64,000 nt of DNA. Source: Eledone cirrhosa (taxonomy: Eukaryota). The notes below the pieces were generated by a model. That model saw only the letters and a program-made list of their open reading frames with translations. It was not told where the DNA came from and ran no database searches. The DNA is taken from the NCBI GenBank assembly GCA_964016885.1, contig OZ024740.1, positions 156,860,001-156,924,000 of the forward strand, given 5' to 3'. The position numbers and the translations under genes are program-made. Below, piece after piece: positions 29,591 to 44,104 of the stretch (the stretch's first letter is position 1; every line of letters starts with the position of its first letter).

Positions 29591-29649
29591 TTTCAGTAGA
29601 CTTATGTGTACATTTGACTATCGAACGCAGCTTTATGCGCCATGGTATG

Positions 29650-30160
29650 TGTAGTATCTAGTAGAGTTATCTCTAGAGTGTTATATTGGGGTGGTTTTGG
29701 TTGTATATTACTCAGCATGGTTTCAATTATTTCCAAGTTATTATAGGAATTGATCCCGTTTTCAGTCCACATCTATTTTATTTCTATTTCCATTATCTTT
29801 ATATTTGGAAAATTTCTCCATTCCGTAATTTCTTCCCTGTCATCTTTTGAAACTGATACTTTATTCAGGAGGCATTACTTTTCCTGGTTGTTCTTGCCAA
29901 CAGAATCTGTCCAATAATTCCTTGAGCTCATTGTCTGTGTGAATTTGTATATCCCAAAATATAGTATCTATGTCATCCTTTGTTGAGAATCAGAGAAAGA
30001 CGTTTCTTTTTTGTTGGCATTTCATAATGTCGGCATATTTTCCAGTGTATGACATTCCCAGTAGATAGAATCGTTTTTTACTTTAACTCGGTGACCAGGG
30101 GCAATATGATTAATTGTTTCTCTCCAGCCCTTACATATTTTGCAATTACTTAAAATATTC
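29650..30160 (-). mobile_element. Degenerate R4/Dong-like LINE 3' fragment
   Basis: Minus-strand CKICKGWRETINHI (zinc-knuckle-like) and IFWDIQIHTD, which precedes the RLE domain. Confidence 0.55.
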
Positions 30161-30270
30161 CGCTTCATTTCAAGTTGCTCCTTCTACCTAGAGTTGTGAC
30201 CAATAGATAGTATTAGCAATTGGAAAGACCAACGGAGCATTGTTTCCACGGTCCGATTTGACGAAAATCG

Positions 30271-30346
<76 letters not shown>

Positions 30347-30354
30347 ATATAAAC

Positions 30355-30860
30355 GTAAGAAAATTAACAAAGAAAGGACAAGACAACGAACGAAAACAAG
30401 ACAAACGAAAAACAATGTTTTAAAGGGAAAAACCTTAAAAATAATTTTTTTTAAATATACTAACGGAAGACACAGAATTCCTGTGTCATCAGCCGTTGAG
30501 ATGGACTTTGACAGTTTCGACTCCTACCAACGGCATGGCTGGTCCACTCGGGGACACAACGTTTGATACAAGCCATGGGAAGGCTTCGATTTTATGCCGT
30601 AATTAAACATCGTTTATTCTAATCTTTGGGTCATGGCTTTTCATGCCATCTCTTTAGCATGAAATTCCGTAGCCACATTTTTGCTCAGGTTTTAGCTTTT
30701 CTATAATTTGTGTTGCTGCTTCACATTTTTGTCTATCATTTATATCATTTTTGTATTTGTTGACTTCCTTGAAAAGAGAAAATAATTTTTGCTTCCTTTG
30801 TATTTTGTAGTTATTCGTATTAGTTTTTCATTATTTTCCATTAGACATTTTGAAATCTGA
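30355..30860 (-). repeat. Dispersed repeat related to 42700-43005 (+), probably a retroelement 3' end
   Basis: Shared gaaactg..aagtccatctcaacggc.gatgac and a T-rich tail. Confidence 0.55.
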
Positions 30861-31179
30861 CAATGGAAAATTTATAAGTTTTATAGTTGCGTAATAATAC
30901 CTTTTATTTGTCGTAAGTATAATCTTTCGATGTCAAAGTTTTTGGAAGTATTCTAAGTACAGTTATTACCTTTACGTCCAATCTTACTAATTCAGCTGTC
31001 TAGCTGAGTATACCTTATTGCTAGCACAGCCACAGTATTGATGGCTATTACCTTTTTTTAATGCATTTAACTATTATCATAGCTGTTGTTATTTTTGTTG
31101 CTGCTGGTGTAATTGTTGTGACTGCTGTTGTTTCTGCTACTGCTGTTGTTTCTGCTGTTACTTTGTATGTTGATGTTGA

Positions 31180-32220
31180 TGGCAGAATTGGCAATGCATC
31201 GAATTAAATGTTATGGTGGATTCAGTAACATTTTTGTATATGCTGAGTTTAAATTTCACCGAGATTAACTTTGTCATTCACCTTTTCAGTGTCTATAAAA
31301 AATACTAATCAACAAAATTGCTTGTCCTGTGACTGTTAGAAATGTATTATTAAGGCGTAGAGTTATGTCACTTTATGTTCTGATTTCAAATCCCGCCGAG
31401 TTTAACTTTGCCTTTCATCCTGATGGGCATTCAAGAAAATAAAGCACCAGTAATGCACTGGGGTAATTGCTGGCCTTGTGCCGAAAGTAGAAGCAATTAT
31501 CAAGGTGTTGAAGGATTGTCAATATCGGTAGATCATCAGACAACATGCTTGCGGCAGATAGTTACGGCCCTTTACGTTCTGAGTCAAATCCCACCGAGTT
31601 TAGCTTTGCCTTTCATCTTTATGGTGTCAATAAACTAAAGTACCAGTAACGCACTGCGGTCGATTTAATCGACTTTCTCTCCCCCCAAAAAGTTGCTGGT
31701 CTTGTGTCTAATTCAGAGACCAGTGTTTAAGGGCAATTGATTGGCAGTATCGGTAGAGTATCAGACAGCATGCTTTGAAGCATATAGTTACGTCCCTTCG
31801 CGTTCTGAGTTCAAATCCCGCTGAGGTTAGCTTTGTCTTTCCTCTTTACGGAGTCGATAAAATAAAGTACCAGGGGTCGAATTATTCGACTTTGTTCTCC
31901 CCATAAAATTGTTAGCCTTGTATCGAAACGAGAAACCATTATCAAGGCGCTGTCCACTGGCAGTATCGGTAGAACCTCGGACAACATGCTTTGCGGCATA
32001 CAGTTACGACCCTTTACGTTCTGCATTCAAATCCCATTGAAGTTAGCTCTGCTTTTCATCATTACAGGGTAGATAATATAAATTACCATTAACGCACTGG
32101 GGTCGATTTAATAGACTTTCCCCTTCCCTTCTCATTGCTGGCCTGGTGCCAAAAGTAGAAACAATTATTAAGGTGTTCGACGTCAGCGATGATTTATCAG
32201 AATCGTTAGAGCGTCAGACA
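31180..32220 (+). mobile_element. Head-to-tail array of about 5 diverged Meta-like SINEs
   Basis: Repeated B box plus ctttgcctttcatcc core at ~31250, 31385, 31580, 31805 and 32025. Confidence 0.8.
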
Positions 32221-32227
32221 AAATAAA

Positions 32228-32404
32228 TTTCCCATATTCACCTGGGTATTCAGAAGGAAAAGAAAAAGGAAAGAAGACAGTAAAACCACAATCAATTAAA
32301 CCATCCCAGCATTTTAAAATACTGGGAAGGTTTAATTGATTGTGGTTTTACTGTTTTCTTTCCTTTTCTTTTTCCTTCTGAATACCCAGGTGAATATGGG
32401 AAAT
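32228..32404. repeat. Near-perfect ~177 bp palindrome
   Basis: tttcccatattcacctggg...cccaggtgaatatgggaaa, centred on ttttaaaa. Confidence 0.85.
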
Positions 32405-32609
32405 GTATTTATATCAGACTTATAAAAAATATAACCGCCGCAAGCAACAGGAAAGTACCATTGTATTCTCACATGAACGTTTTATTACAAACTCAAAGTG
32501 CTTGACAGCAAATTCAACAGGGGGTCATTTGTAGATCTGATGGTACGAGGAGAAGGACGATTAGATTTGCATAATCAATAGAGTATCCGACAAATATGTT
32601 TGCATTATT

Positions 32610-32800
32610 TGGTGGATTGACAGTATCGGTAGAGAGTCGGGCACCATGCTTTCCAACATAGTTACGTCCCTTTACGGTCTGAGTTCAAATCCCGCCGAGG
32701 TTAACTTTGCCTTTCATCCTTACGGGGTCGATAAAATAAAGTACCAGTAATGTACTGGGTATTTACTGGCCTTGTGCCAAAAGTAGAAACAATTATTATT
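32610..32800 (+). mobile_element. Meta-like SINE, full length
   Basis: Complete consensus with an (ATT)n tail. Confidence 0.85.
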
Positions 32801-32957
32801 ATCATTATAAAAAGTATTTTATATTTTGATTGTAAGTTGTCGCAGGAATGATTTACTCTTCGTCCTTCCAAATCCAATAAAATAACAACAGCCAAACACT
32901 GAGTCAAATAGCCATACCATTGAAAATCTTTGTAACTCGGAGATCAAAGAGTCACTC

Positions 32958-33235
32958 CAGGTGGAGCCGCTACTCCTCCGAATTGAGAGATCTCAGCTCC
33001 GATACTATGGGCATGTGGCTAGAATGTCACCGGACAGATTTTACAGGCAAAACCAACAGGCAGGAGACCCATGGGCAAACCCCGAGCAAGATGGTTGGAT
33101 AACATCCATGAGATTGGCTGGTCTCAGTTGTGGATCCAGCCGGATCAGCTGGAGAAGGTTACTTCTGACAGGATCGGTTTGGAGGTGTGTTTGAGGACTC
33201 TTTCCCCACGAACTCTCAGGAATAGGTGGGCAAAG
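32958..33235 (+). mobile_element. RTE-like LINE 3' fragment
   Basis: EPLLLRIERSQLRYYGHVARM and GKPRARWLDNI. Confidence 0.75.
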
Positions 33236-33509
33236 AATAAGAAAGAAAGAATGAAAGAAAGAAAAGAATGTTATTATCATAGTTTTTACATTGACGTCTG
33301 TGTTGCAGATTAAACATAATGAAAAATAATTTATCTTTATAAATAGAGTAAATAGAAATAAATTATAGCTTCTTGGCTGCTATTTAATAAATTTATGGTT
33401 TGAAAACAAAATATAGGTGATCGTTGGAATATTGTTTTATGACATTAGTTAAATATCTGTCTACGTGTATGCATGAAAACGAGACAAATATACTTATACA
33501 CATACACAC

Positions 33510-33597
<88 letters not shown>

Positions 33598-33624
33598 ATG
33601 TATATATGTATGTATGTATGTATG

Positions 33625-33810
33625 TATGTAAAAGGTAAACAGAAATAACAACACAATCGATACAGTATATGGAAGGTATATATTAGGTTAACGCTTGATA
33701 TAGCAGGAAGAGGGTCTTAACCTTTCGGACGCTAGTCCTTCATCAGAGGGAAGAATGAGAAATAAAATAGATTAAGGGTACGGGCGGGATGAAATTGGAA
33801 AAAAATGTAT
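33625..33810 (-). mobile_element. Family E PLE-like 3' end with HHR (33715-33749)
   Basis: Nearly identical to 17045-17205. Confidence 0.75.
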
Positions 33811-33861
33811 TTAGATAAAAATAATAGGTCCATTCACATATATATATTCTACGAAGCAGAC

Positions 33862-33951
33862 GTATCTGAGGACCTTGCAATTTTCAGAGTCAGGTTCGAT
33901 CATCACATCGATCGTGCCTCGAGTTGGTCGGCAAAGAAACAGTTGTATTAT
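33862..33951 (+). ncRNA. Candidate hammerhead with an extended stem II
   Basis: CTGAGGA-ccttgc...ggcaaa-GAAA-cagttg-TA; stem I is weak; followed by a tail with GAGTGCT. Confidence 0.45.
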
Positions 33952-34079
33952 GTCCAATAAATTCCATTCGTCGCAACACTGATTCTCTTTTTTTCTGTGA
34001 TATCATACTCTGCTCTATGAGAGTATCGAGTGCTAAAATGGCCTACCGAAAACGGACGCTTTAAGCATCCAACACCAAT

Positions 34080-34157
<78 letters not shown>

Positions 34158-34503
34158 AAAATAGTCAGGACCCCGACGGCTGAGCTCCGGTCGTTTCGAC
34201 AGTTAGATCAGAATCAAGCTGTCGAAACGGCGGTGCTCAGCCGTCGGGGTCATGACTCTTTTCCTATTACCCACCCTAAGTATAGAGTGCTCTGGTGCGT
34301 TATGGTCATATATATATGTATATATATATATATAAACAAAGAAAGTGTATATATATATATATATGTGTATATATATATAGAGAGAGAGAGAAAGAGAGAG
34401 AGAGAGATATAGATAGATAGATAGATGTAAATATGAGTGTGCATATACAGTTTCTACACACATAGATATTCATATATATGTATACACACACACACAGACA
34501 CAC

Positions 34504-34594
<91 letters not shown>

Positions 34595-35668
34595 CATACA
34601 TAAATACATACATACATACATACATACGTATATGAAACAGCTTTTTTTTGCAAATATTTAAGACGGCAGTGATTGAGTATAAACTTCATATTTTCTTATG
34701 AGTCTGTTATATCAAATTTATGCCAATAACATTCTCAATTTTATTAACATTTCATGACCTCCGCTTTTATTTTCTCGATAAAGTAATGAGAGTGGTACGT
34801 TGCTGTCGTGTTCTGTAGTGGACGGCAAGTGCTCATTGGAAAGATGGGCACAATATAATTGTCAATATCATGTTTTCAAATTATTCAATGATCACATTCA
34901 TAGTTTATTTTACATGGGCTATATTAGAGCAGTAAATAGGTCGTCAGAGAGTCGGATTGAAAATATCTCGGTGTTTGTTCCGATTATCTGCACTCTGAGT
35001 TCAAATCACGCCTTTCATCTTTTAAATATCGATTAATAAAGTCTCAGTAGGGGAGTCGATTCTCAATCTCCCTCACTCATTCAGCTGCTTTGACCTGGAG
35101 AGGGACGGGCTCGGCCAGGTTCAAAATATCCCAAAACATGCCGTGTCATGACTGACGGCGTCTCTACGACTCCAATACAAGTCAAGAGCTGTTTCAATTT
35201 CTTTCTTATATCTGTGTGTTTAATTTTGATTCTTAATTTGCTATTAATATAAGTTCCCTATCTAATCTCATATTCGGTTTTTCGTGGAAATATATATAGT
35301 ATGGAAGGGTTATCAACTATCGATTTTATAACTAGTTTTACTTAGTGTTTTCTGCTATAATGTAATGTAGAAGGCCTCTAAAAATCAATAGGCTATCTAA
35401 CGAGAAATAGTCATATTTTATGACCGATATAACAGTCATAATGTTTACAACTTTCGTGTTTTTATAGGAATTTGTATGTTACACAGATTATCTAAAATAC
35501 GTTCTGAAGCTCGTAGGTTAGGGGTTCCATGTAGAAGTAAAGGTTTTTAAATCGGGTGGTTTTATAATATACTTCGTGGTTAGGTGCCGTTTACGAACGC
35601 TACAAGAAAGTACCCTTGGCTTCTTTTAAATGATGATGTCGATGTTTTGAAATGTTAGGTATATATAC

Positions 35669-35745
<77 letters not shown>

Positions 35746-35760
35746 TATACATATATATAC

Positions 35761-35859
<99 letters not shown>

Positions 35860-35990
35860 AATATATAGTTGTATATATGTATATAAATATAAGATATATA
35901 TAACATAAAAACTTAAGCCAGAATCTTTTTGGGGTAGTGGGGGGATATAAGCTAGACCGACTAAAGTAAGTGGCTTTCACTTATACAGTT

Positions 35991-36087
35991 CCCCTACCAT
36001 GGTTTCTGGAATTCAAAAAACAACATTAACCACTCCAAGACATTTGAATAACCAATATTGTAAGAATTACAACTCCATCATCGAGGG
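35991..36087 (-). ncRNA. Degenerate hammerhead with a long loop II
   Basis: Reverse complement reads ccc-tcGATGA-tggagtt...aattcca-GAAA-ccatgg-TA-ggg. Confidence 0.5.
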
Positions 36088-36328
36088 CATAATTCTTTGG
36101 AATAAAAGAAGTTGAATATATATCATACATACCATGTTGTTGTCGACCACATGGTGTCGAACGGGCTGCGTCCTCGAATTACAATATGAAAATATCCTAT
36201 TTAATGTGTTTGGACAACGCGAGGGGTTTATATTGAAACTGAAAATCGTAGTTACAATCACTTAAATTTGCTCAACAAACATGGAATATTGAGATGCCTA
36301 AGTATTAGAGACAATTAACTTTATAAAT

Positions 36329-36393
<65 letters not shown>

Positions 36394-36563
36394 TATTGAA
36401 GTTTGCTTGAAGCATTGTGGAATAATAAGGTAAATTTCTTTAAGTCGTTTGGAAGCCTCGACAATGCAGATGGGTAAAACTCCGGGTAACAAGATCCGGT
36501 GGTGGAGAGAGATGTAAGTGGGTGTACGTTGAGATGCGTGGCGTGTAGAAGACTGTAGCGTGA

Positions 36564-36935
36564 TAAATAAAATAACAGGAGGCTGGACTGGTGTAAATCC
36601 TTGAAAAGTTTATTATACTATGATCATTTCAATGACCGGGTTCCGTATGAATCCGTTGATTTTATATATTCCTATGTTACATTTCGAATACCTGATGATA
36701 TCACCGGATTCATACGGAACACGGTCATTGAAATGATCATAGTATAATAAACTTTTCAAGGATTTACCCTAGTCCAGCCTCCTGTTATTTTATTTATATT
36801 AATTAACTCCGTATTAGCACCAACTACACAAACGAAGACGGGTGAACTGCACTAGGTTGAGTACTCTCCATAATATTACATCCAGATTGACCATACGGAA
36901 TGACCAATTCTAGCCAGTGGTGAACCAACAAACCT
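36564..36935. mobile_element. Fold-back PLE-like remnant (family D) with HHR at 36688-36745 (+)
   Basis: atac-CTGATGA-...-GAAA-tgatca-TA-gtat. The arms mirror each other; same family as 46166-46551. Confidence 0.8.
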
Positions 36936-36944
36936 ATATATAAA

Positions 36945-37163
36945 AGGAACGATCGACTTTCGTCAAATCGGACCGAGGGAACAAAGTTTCCGTTGGTCTT
37001 TCCAATTGCTAATACTATCTATCGGTCGCAACTCCAGATAGAAGGAGCAACGTGAAATAAAGTGTCTTGCTCAAGGACATAACGCATCGCCTGGTCCAGG
37101 AATCGAACTCACAACCTTACGATTGCGAATCCAATTCTCTAACCACTCAGCCACACGCCTTCA
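36945..37163 (-). mobile_element. Second tRNA-derived SINE family (CORE/V-like gtgtccttgagcaagacactt motif)
   Basis: Reverse complement shows gtggctgagtggttag, gagttcgattcc and tgtccttgagcaagacactt. The 3' part also occurs at 30160-30275 (+). Confidence 0.75.
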
Positions 37164-37171
37164 CATAAACC

Positions 37172-37220
<49 letters not shown>

Positions 37221-37237
37221 GTATATATACGTATATG

Positions 37238-37505
<268 letters not shown>

Positions 37506-37529
37506 ATAGGAGGAACAATGAATATAACA

Positions 37530-37569
37530 CCACTGACGATGTTGCAGATGTGCAACGAAAGATTTATGT
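37530..37569 (+). ncRNA. Minimal hammerhead ribozyme
   Basis: ca-CTGACGA-tgttgcagatgtgcaac-GAAA-gatt-TA-tg. Confidence 0.6.
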
Positions 37570-37783
37570 AAATTATGTAAACTATATATATATATATGTG
37601 TTTGTGTCTATATTGTATCTGTATTATTTTTGACCGCCGGTCAGTCAATGGCAACATTGAGGACCGAGTAAGTTAGATCGCAGATATAATAAAAGACAGC
37701 GAGAAGCGAAAACCAACCAAACAGTGAGTGTGTTCTGTTATTAATTCTGGCAATATTACGCAAATATGACCCTCCCCAAGTAT

Positions 37784-37947
<164 letters not shown>

Positions 37948-37957
37948 TATATATATT

Positions 37958-38700
37958 GTTTCTGAATTTGTTTAGCAAGATTCTTTATCTTTAAACGTGT
38001 GTTGAAACCGATATTGTTATACTTTGGAGGGCCATGTTACCAATAAGAAACACACGCACCAGTAGCTTTCTCTCCAATTTATTATAAAGTAAATTATAAA
38101 TTTAAAAAAATTTATTATAAATTAAGTTATAAATTTATAAATTTCCGGTTGATCGGTTGGTTCCACAACCGGGCGGTTGTTCATATATTTTCAAAGTTAT
38201 TTCGTCACACATTCTGTGACCTCTTGAGTGTCTGGGTATTCTTTTCTTTGTTCTGTGCCTCTCCTTTGTTCTGTCCTACGCCATCTTGTTTTCGTGTGTG
38301 TTGTGTGCTTAGTTTGCGCATGTGTTACATCCGGGTGTCTGTGTGTATTTTCATTTGTTTATTTCTTTGTTTATTTACATGTTACTAGTTGGTTGTTTGT
38401 TCTGGGTGTGTCTGTTTTCATTTTGTCCTTAATTGTAAGTTGTGATGTTGCTATTCCATTCATGTTTTCTATTTAATTTTGGTTGGAGTTAATTTATGTT
38501 TATTGCCTTTGACAATATATGAATAACCGTCCGGTTGTGGAACCAACCAACCAACCGGAAATTTATAAATTTTTAAATTTATAATTTAATTTATAATAAA
38601 TGTTTTAAATATATAATTTAATTTATTATAAATTGGAGTGAAAGCAACTGGTGCGTGTGTTTCTGATTGGCAACATGACCCTCCCAAAGTATAACGAAAT
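37958..38700. mobile_element. Fold-back family A PLE remnant
   Basis: The minus arm 37958-38507 carries the tail and matches 1093-1570; the plus arm is 38508-38700. Confidence 0.85.
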
Positions 38701-39438
38701 ATATATATATATATATATACACTAAAACGTTTCTAGCGTGAAAAAAAAAAAAAAAACAGATCTTATATTCACTGACAGAAGTCTCTTTAGACTGAAAATT
38801 CAAAATTAAAAAAAACTACTTCTTTATGCACATTGTGAGATAATTATATCATCGCAATGGTTTGGAAAAGTGACCCCAACCTAAATTTATATATATATAG
38901 ATATATGTGTGTGTGTGTGTGTGTGTTCCGGGTTCAATCGGGGGTAACCACAGTAAGTAAGGTACTTCGAATGAAACAGTTCTAGTCCTCCATAAACCGT
39001 TTCTATATTAAATATATATATGAGGTGGTGAGTGGCTGTGTGTTTCTGTGCGCGTAAATATGAATGTATTGTTTGCGTAGGATGATAATGAAACCAAGTG
39101 GAATAATTTTTACTGAAACCATCACGATTCACTTATTTCTAACTCTTAAAGTAATGCAGATTGTAGCTGAAGGGTATTTATCGAAATGTAAACAGGTATG
39201 TGTTTATGAAAACGTTCTTCTTGTAGTTGTCGTTCAAGATTAACTAACCGACGATCACTAATTAATAGAATTCCAATACATCGTTGACGATGACCAAATG
39301 TAAGTAAAGTTATATATATATACTACTTTAAAACTGATAGCGTATGGTCTTCTGAATGTTTTTAATTAAACATACGGTATATTGCCAAATATACTATACA
39401 TACATTCATGTATACATCGCTATTTCAGAGCACCAATC

Positions 39439-39489
<51 letters not shown>

Positions 39490-39492
<3 letters not shown>

Positions 39493-40012
39493 TGTAATCT
39501 GAGTTTTTCGAATATTAATAATAACATTCGATTCGTTTGCAATTATGCAAACAAGCCTCAATTTTATAGCCATGTCAGTAGAATGAACACTTCATGCTTG
39601 CTCTTGTGTTGGCATGCGAACAGAACTGCAGACACTAATGTTTCTGGATATCACCCTTCATCAGTACAGCTCACTGTTTACGTGCCAAACTGTCAGAGCT
39701 AGTGAAAATATATGCTATTTTCAAAAATACACAGTGACTGATCGGCCTAATTTGCATATTAGCAGACTGGCTGATCAGTCAGATCTGCATATTAGCAGAC
39801 AGGCTGATCAGTCAGATCTGCATATTAGCAGATCCACTGATCAGGTAGATTTGCATCTCAACACAAGAGCAAGAATGAAGTGTTCATTCTACTGACATGA
39901 CTATAAAATTGAGGCTTGTTTGCTTAATTGCAAACGAATCGAATGTTATTAATATTCGAAAAACTCAGATTACATTTATTGTATTCAGCCATGTAGAGCG
40001 AAATTTTCTTTT
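39490..40012. mobile_element. Fold-back family H remnant with HHR at 39633-39667 (-)
   Basis: 39491-39611 mirrors 39859-39977; internal 33-bp repeats. Confidence 0.8.
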
Positions 40013-40132
40013 ATATATATATATATATATACATGTGCATATATATAAACGCACTTTTGGAAAAGGCAAAGGTCTTAATTCAAAAGTATATATATCATAT
40101 ATACTTCTGAGCTCACTCTTTGTTGCCAATCT

Positions 40133-40164
<32 letters not shown>

Positions 40165-40549
40165 CTATAAATTATGTCCATAGAATCATTTGATAAGATA
40201 TATACACCATTTCCTCTCCCAATTAGCATAATATATATATATACAGTATCACTAAATATATAGAGAGAGTGAGAGAGAGTCAGACAGATAATAGATACCC
40301 ATTGAAAGATAAGTTAACCAGTATGTATATCAATCTAGATACACATTCTTGTTATTTTATTCCTTCTTTGTCTATTTATATATATAACTCTGTATCTCCA
40401 TCGCTTGTGAATGTCTATCACCGATGCATTGACTTGTAATTTGGTTTTCAATCCTGCTTTGACTGAGTCGACTATTAATAATATACACAAATATATAATT
40501 GTTACTTCTCGTCAGAAGAATGCCAATACTTCATTGAACATTGCAATAT

Positions 40550-41720
40550 CATGTGCACGCTGTTCAGATCAGTTTTTGTTTTGCAGACACGTTCACAGAT
40601 GTGACACATAAACTGTCTGTCTCCTGGCATTACCGGCTATTGTGTCGTCATGCATTTTACCCTACCTCGTCAGTCCAACAGCCGACTTGCAAATAAGGCT
40701 ACAATCATTGCAACTGTACCACGGGGGTGGGGGTGGGGGTGTACCGATAGAACTATCTCACAAGTAGCTCGGTTTTCCTTTGCCCGTGTGACTTTGATGG
40801 TTGACAAATCCAGATCTTGATAGAGGAAATTGTCTAAACACATTACATCTCAATGCCTGATGGATTCTTTCAAGCACTGCGGTTACGGAGTGAACGCTTC
40901 AAAGCAACATGCTCCACTCACTTTTTCTCAAAGACATCACATCCATACATGATGACGGCCTTCATCCAATGCCTCCTAGTTATCCAAACTTCAGATGTTT
41001 CAGGTTGTCTTTTATGACATCCCTAAACTGCTTATTTTGTTAATGGTGATGTTTCTTTTTCATTCCGCTCAACTCCCCTTAAAATAACTCTTTAGGCAGC
41101 CTTTCATCTTCCATTCTTACCCCATGACCAGCCCAACGCATCTGATTCAAAATAATCCTCTTCTCAATACTGGTGCTGCCTACTTTCTCAAGTACAGCAG
41201 CATCAGGTGTTTAAAAGGACCTTTTGATGTTCAGGATGCATCAAATACATTGTTTATGAAACATTATCAACTGCTTGATATGATGTCTATAAGTTGTTTA
41301 CGTTTTATATCCGTATAGAAGCGCTGTAAGAACGCAGGCCTCATACACAGATAGCATTTTGTCTCTCGTAATGCCCCGAACTGATCAGACAAGCTTCTCA
41401 AGCTCAAACGCAGTGATAGTTGCGAAAAGAGAAGACATTGGCATTGTCCATGCCATGATGTCCTAAAATACTTCAAATGTGATCGTACTTTCACACACTT
41501 GCATTGAAATCTCCAAGAAGCAAGATTTTGAGCTAATGTGGAATCGATGTTAAATAACTTCGTAAATCTCGGTAAAAGTCTATGATTGATTCCTGGATAC
41601 TCTCCATGGTATACCTGCTCAATTCTTTGTCAACAATAGCAGTTCTGCGTTCTGTATTTGTAGTTGATTCCCTGTCAAGAAGTGTCCTAATATTCCACGT
41701 AGCAACATTCAATACAATTC
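40550..41720 (-). mobile_element. Degenerate RTE/BovB-like LINE 3' fragment
   Basis: Minus-strand RWAGHGVRMEDERLPKELF*GEL-like motif near 41070-41140. Confidence 0.7.
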
Positions 41721-41813
41721 TATTCTTTTGAAATTTCTTCTGAAAATTACTATTCTTCTTTTTTTTCGTGTCGGTTGATTAGCTTTCAGCTGCAGGTAGC
41801 TGACCACTACCAA

Positions 41814-41858
<45 letters not shown>

Positions 41859-42594
41859 ATTCCTCATCATATTTTCCTTCATATTCTTATATTACTGATA
41901 CTTCCCCAGCCTCCAGATCAGTACCCTTTTTTTATTCGTTACCATAATCTTGTACTTCTACTTTTAGTTCAGTCACGCCCCTCCCCTCTTCCTCCTTCCT
42001 TCAATCAAACTTTTCTTCGCCTCGCCCCCTTCGCTTTATTCTTCATTGTGCTTTCTACACTCATCCCCCCCCCCTCCATTAAACACACACTACAGATCAG
42101 TATGAATATAAAAATATCACTGTTATTTACTTGACGATCTGAACGCCTTCCACGCGTTTAGCTTGACAAAACAAATTTGCTTATAGAGATGATTCTAAGA
42201 AGGATAGGGTCATTGGCATATAATACACAGCGGAGCACTTGTATGATGAGATTTTGTTTACTATTACAACATCAGCAACTAATAATAATGCTAATAATAA
42301 TATTTACCACAAGAGAACATACAGAGAATGTTACGAAAAGCGGCTTACATAACATGTTGATGGTCTCAAATCTTAGCTATATCAAACGGAGGAGTTTTAT
42401 CGAACAATTATACAATATGTAAGGCATATCAACATATTGACTACAAATAAATACACAGAATACACACATACACAAACACATACATACATACGTGCACACA
42501 TCCATACGTACACTCACATACGCCCGTACACATACTCATACACATGTGCACACATACCCACACATTCACAGACCCACACGCACATACATACATT

Positions 42595-42694
<100 letters not shown>

Positions 42695-43584
42695 TTTTGT
42701 CTCTTACTCCTGTGGACAGCGTTTGGCTTATGTCAGACGCTATGACCCCGGATAGACCAGCAGTATCGTTGGGAAGGGTTGAAACTGCCCAAGTCCATCT
42801 CAACGGCCGATGACCGATGGAGCTCTGTGTCCTTCGTTTGTATATTTATTTCTGGAAAATAATTTTTTAAGGATTCCCCTTAAAAAATTGTTTTTCGTTT
42901 TGTTTTGTTTCCGTTCATTGACGTGTCCTTTCTCTCTTAATTTTCTTAAATTTATTACTAATGTGACGAACGTGATTGTCTCTTCTCCCCCGTCTATTGT
43001 GTATATATACATATATTGATGGACCACTATCAGTTTCGAAAGAGACATGCAAGTGGCTGAGCATTCCACAGCCAGGTGTAATATTTATGCAAATCTTAGG
43101 AAAACAGTGGGGGTCAAAGCAGGCACTTTGATTTTCTGATACTACCTACACAACGAGCTTCCAAAATGTCTCTGTCTGCCGAAATAAACTAGCCAGGCGT
43201 AGGTCGACTGGTGGCTATGGTAAATGACACTTGCCTAAGATGTCACTCAATATAATATTGAACCCGGGACCTTATGAATGCGAAGCGAACTTTTCAACCA
43301 TTTGCCCAGGGTACGTACACACATACACATGTGCGCACACACATACACATATGCGCGGGCGCACACACACATACACACACACACACACACACTCACACAC
43401 ACACACAGATTATATTACTCTGAGTTTCGCGGATATCTGCTGATTACGGAATATTACGTCGTTAGCGGAATTCACCGAGACTCAATGTTGGAATAGAGAA
43501 ATATCTTAGTATTACATCAAATATGTTTTCTACACTGGTATTGAGCACGTTCTCCTAGTGTTTGCAAAACCAAATGTGCAAATA

Positions 43585-43691
<107 letters not shown>

Positions 43692-43698
43692 ATATATA

Positions 43699-43740
<42 letters not shown>

Positions 43741-44104
43741 TGTATAAATTCCTTCAAGAAATCCTGGATAAACCCACTATACCCGGATATGTCTCCGCAA
43801 ACATATTGAGTGGGCCATGGTCCCCAAATCCTGATTTGACAGACATCGCCAGGTGGTGCTATTAAGTTAGACATGACCTGGGCCAACACTGGCCACAATC
43901 TATCAAAGTTATCAAAGTTATCAAAGTTATATATATATATATATAACTTTGATACTTTGATAAGTTATATATATATATATATTGTATATTTATTAAAATA
44001 ACAGATTAATATATGTATATTTATTAAAATAACAGATTCAAGTTTAAGCAAAGAATCGCTGCTTTCACCCTTAATTATCATTAATATTATTATTATTATT
44101 ATTA

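Noticed and set aside
30485-30540. Minus-strand GAAAC...CTGATGA as a type II hammerhead
   Set aside because: The required stems do not form, and the related copy at ~42805 has ccgatga.
43900-43968. tatcaaagt repeats inverted around (AT)n
   Set aside because: Short low-complexity slippage or template-switch product with no evidence of function.
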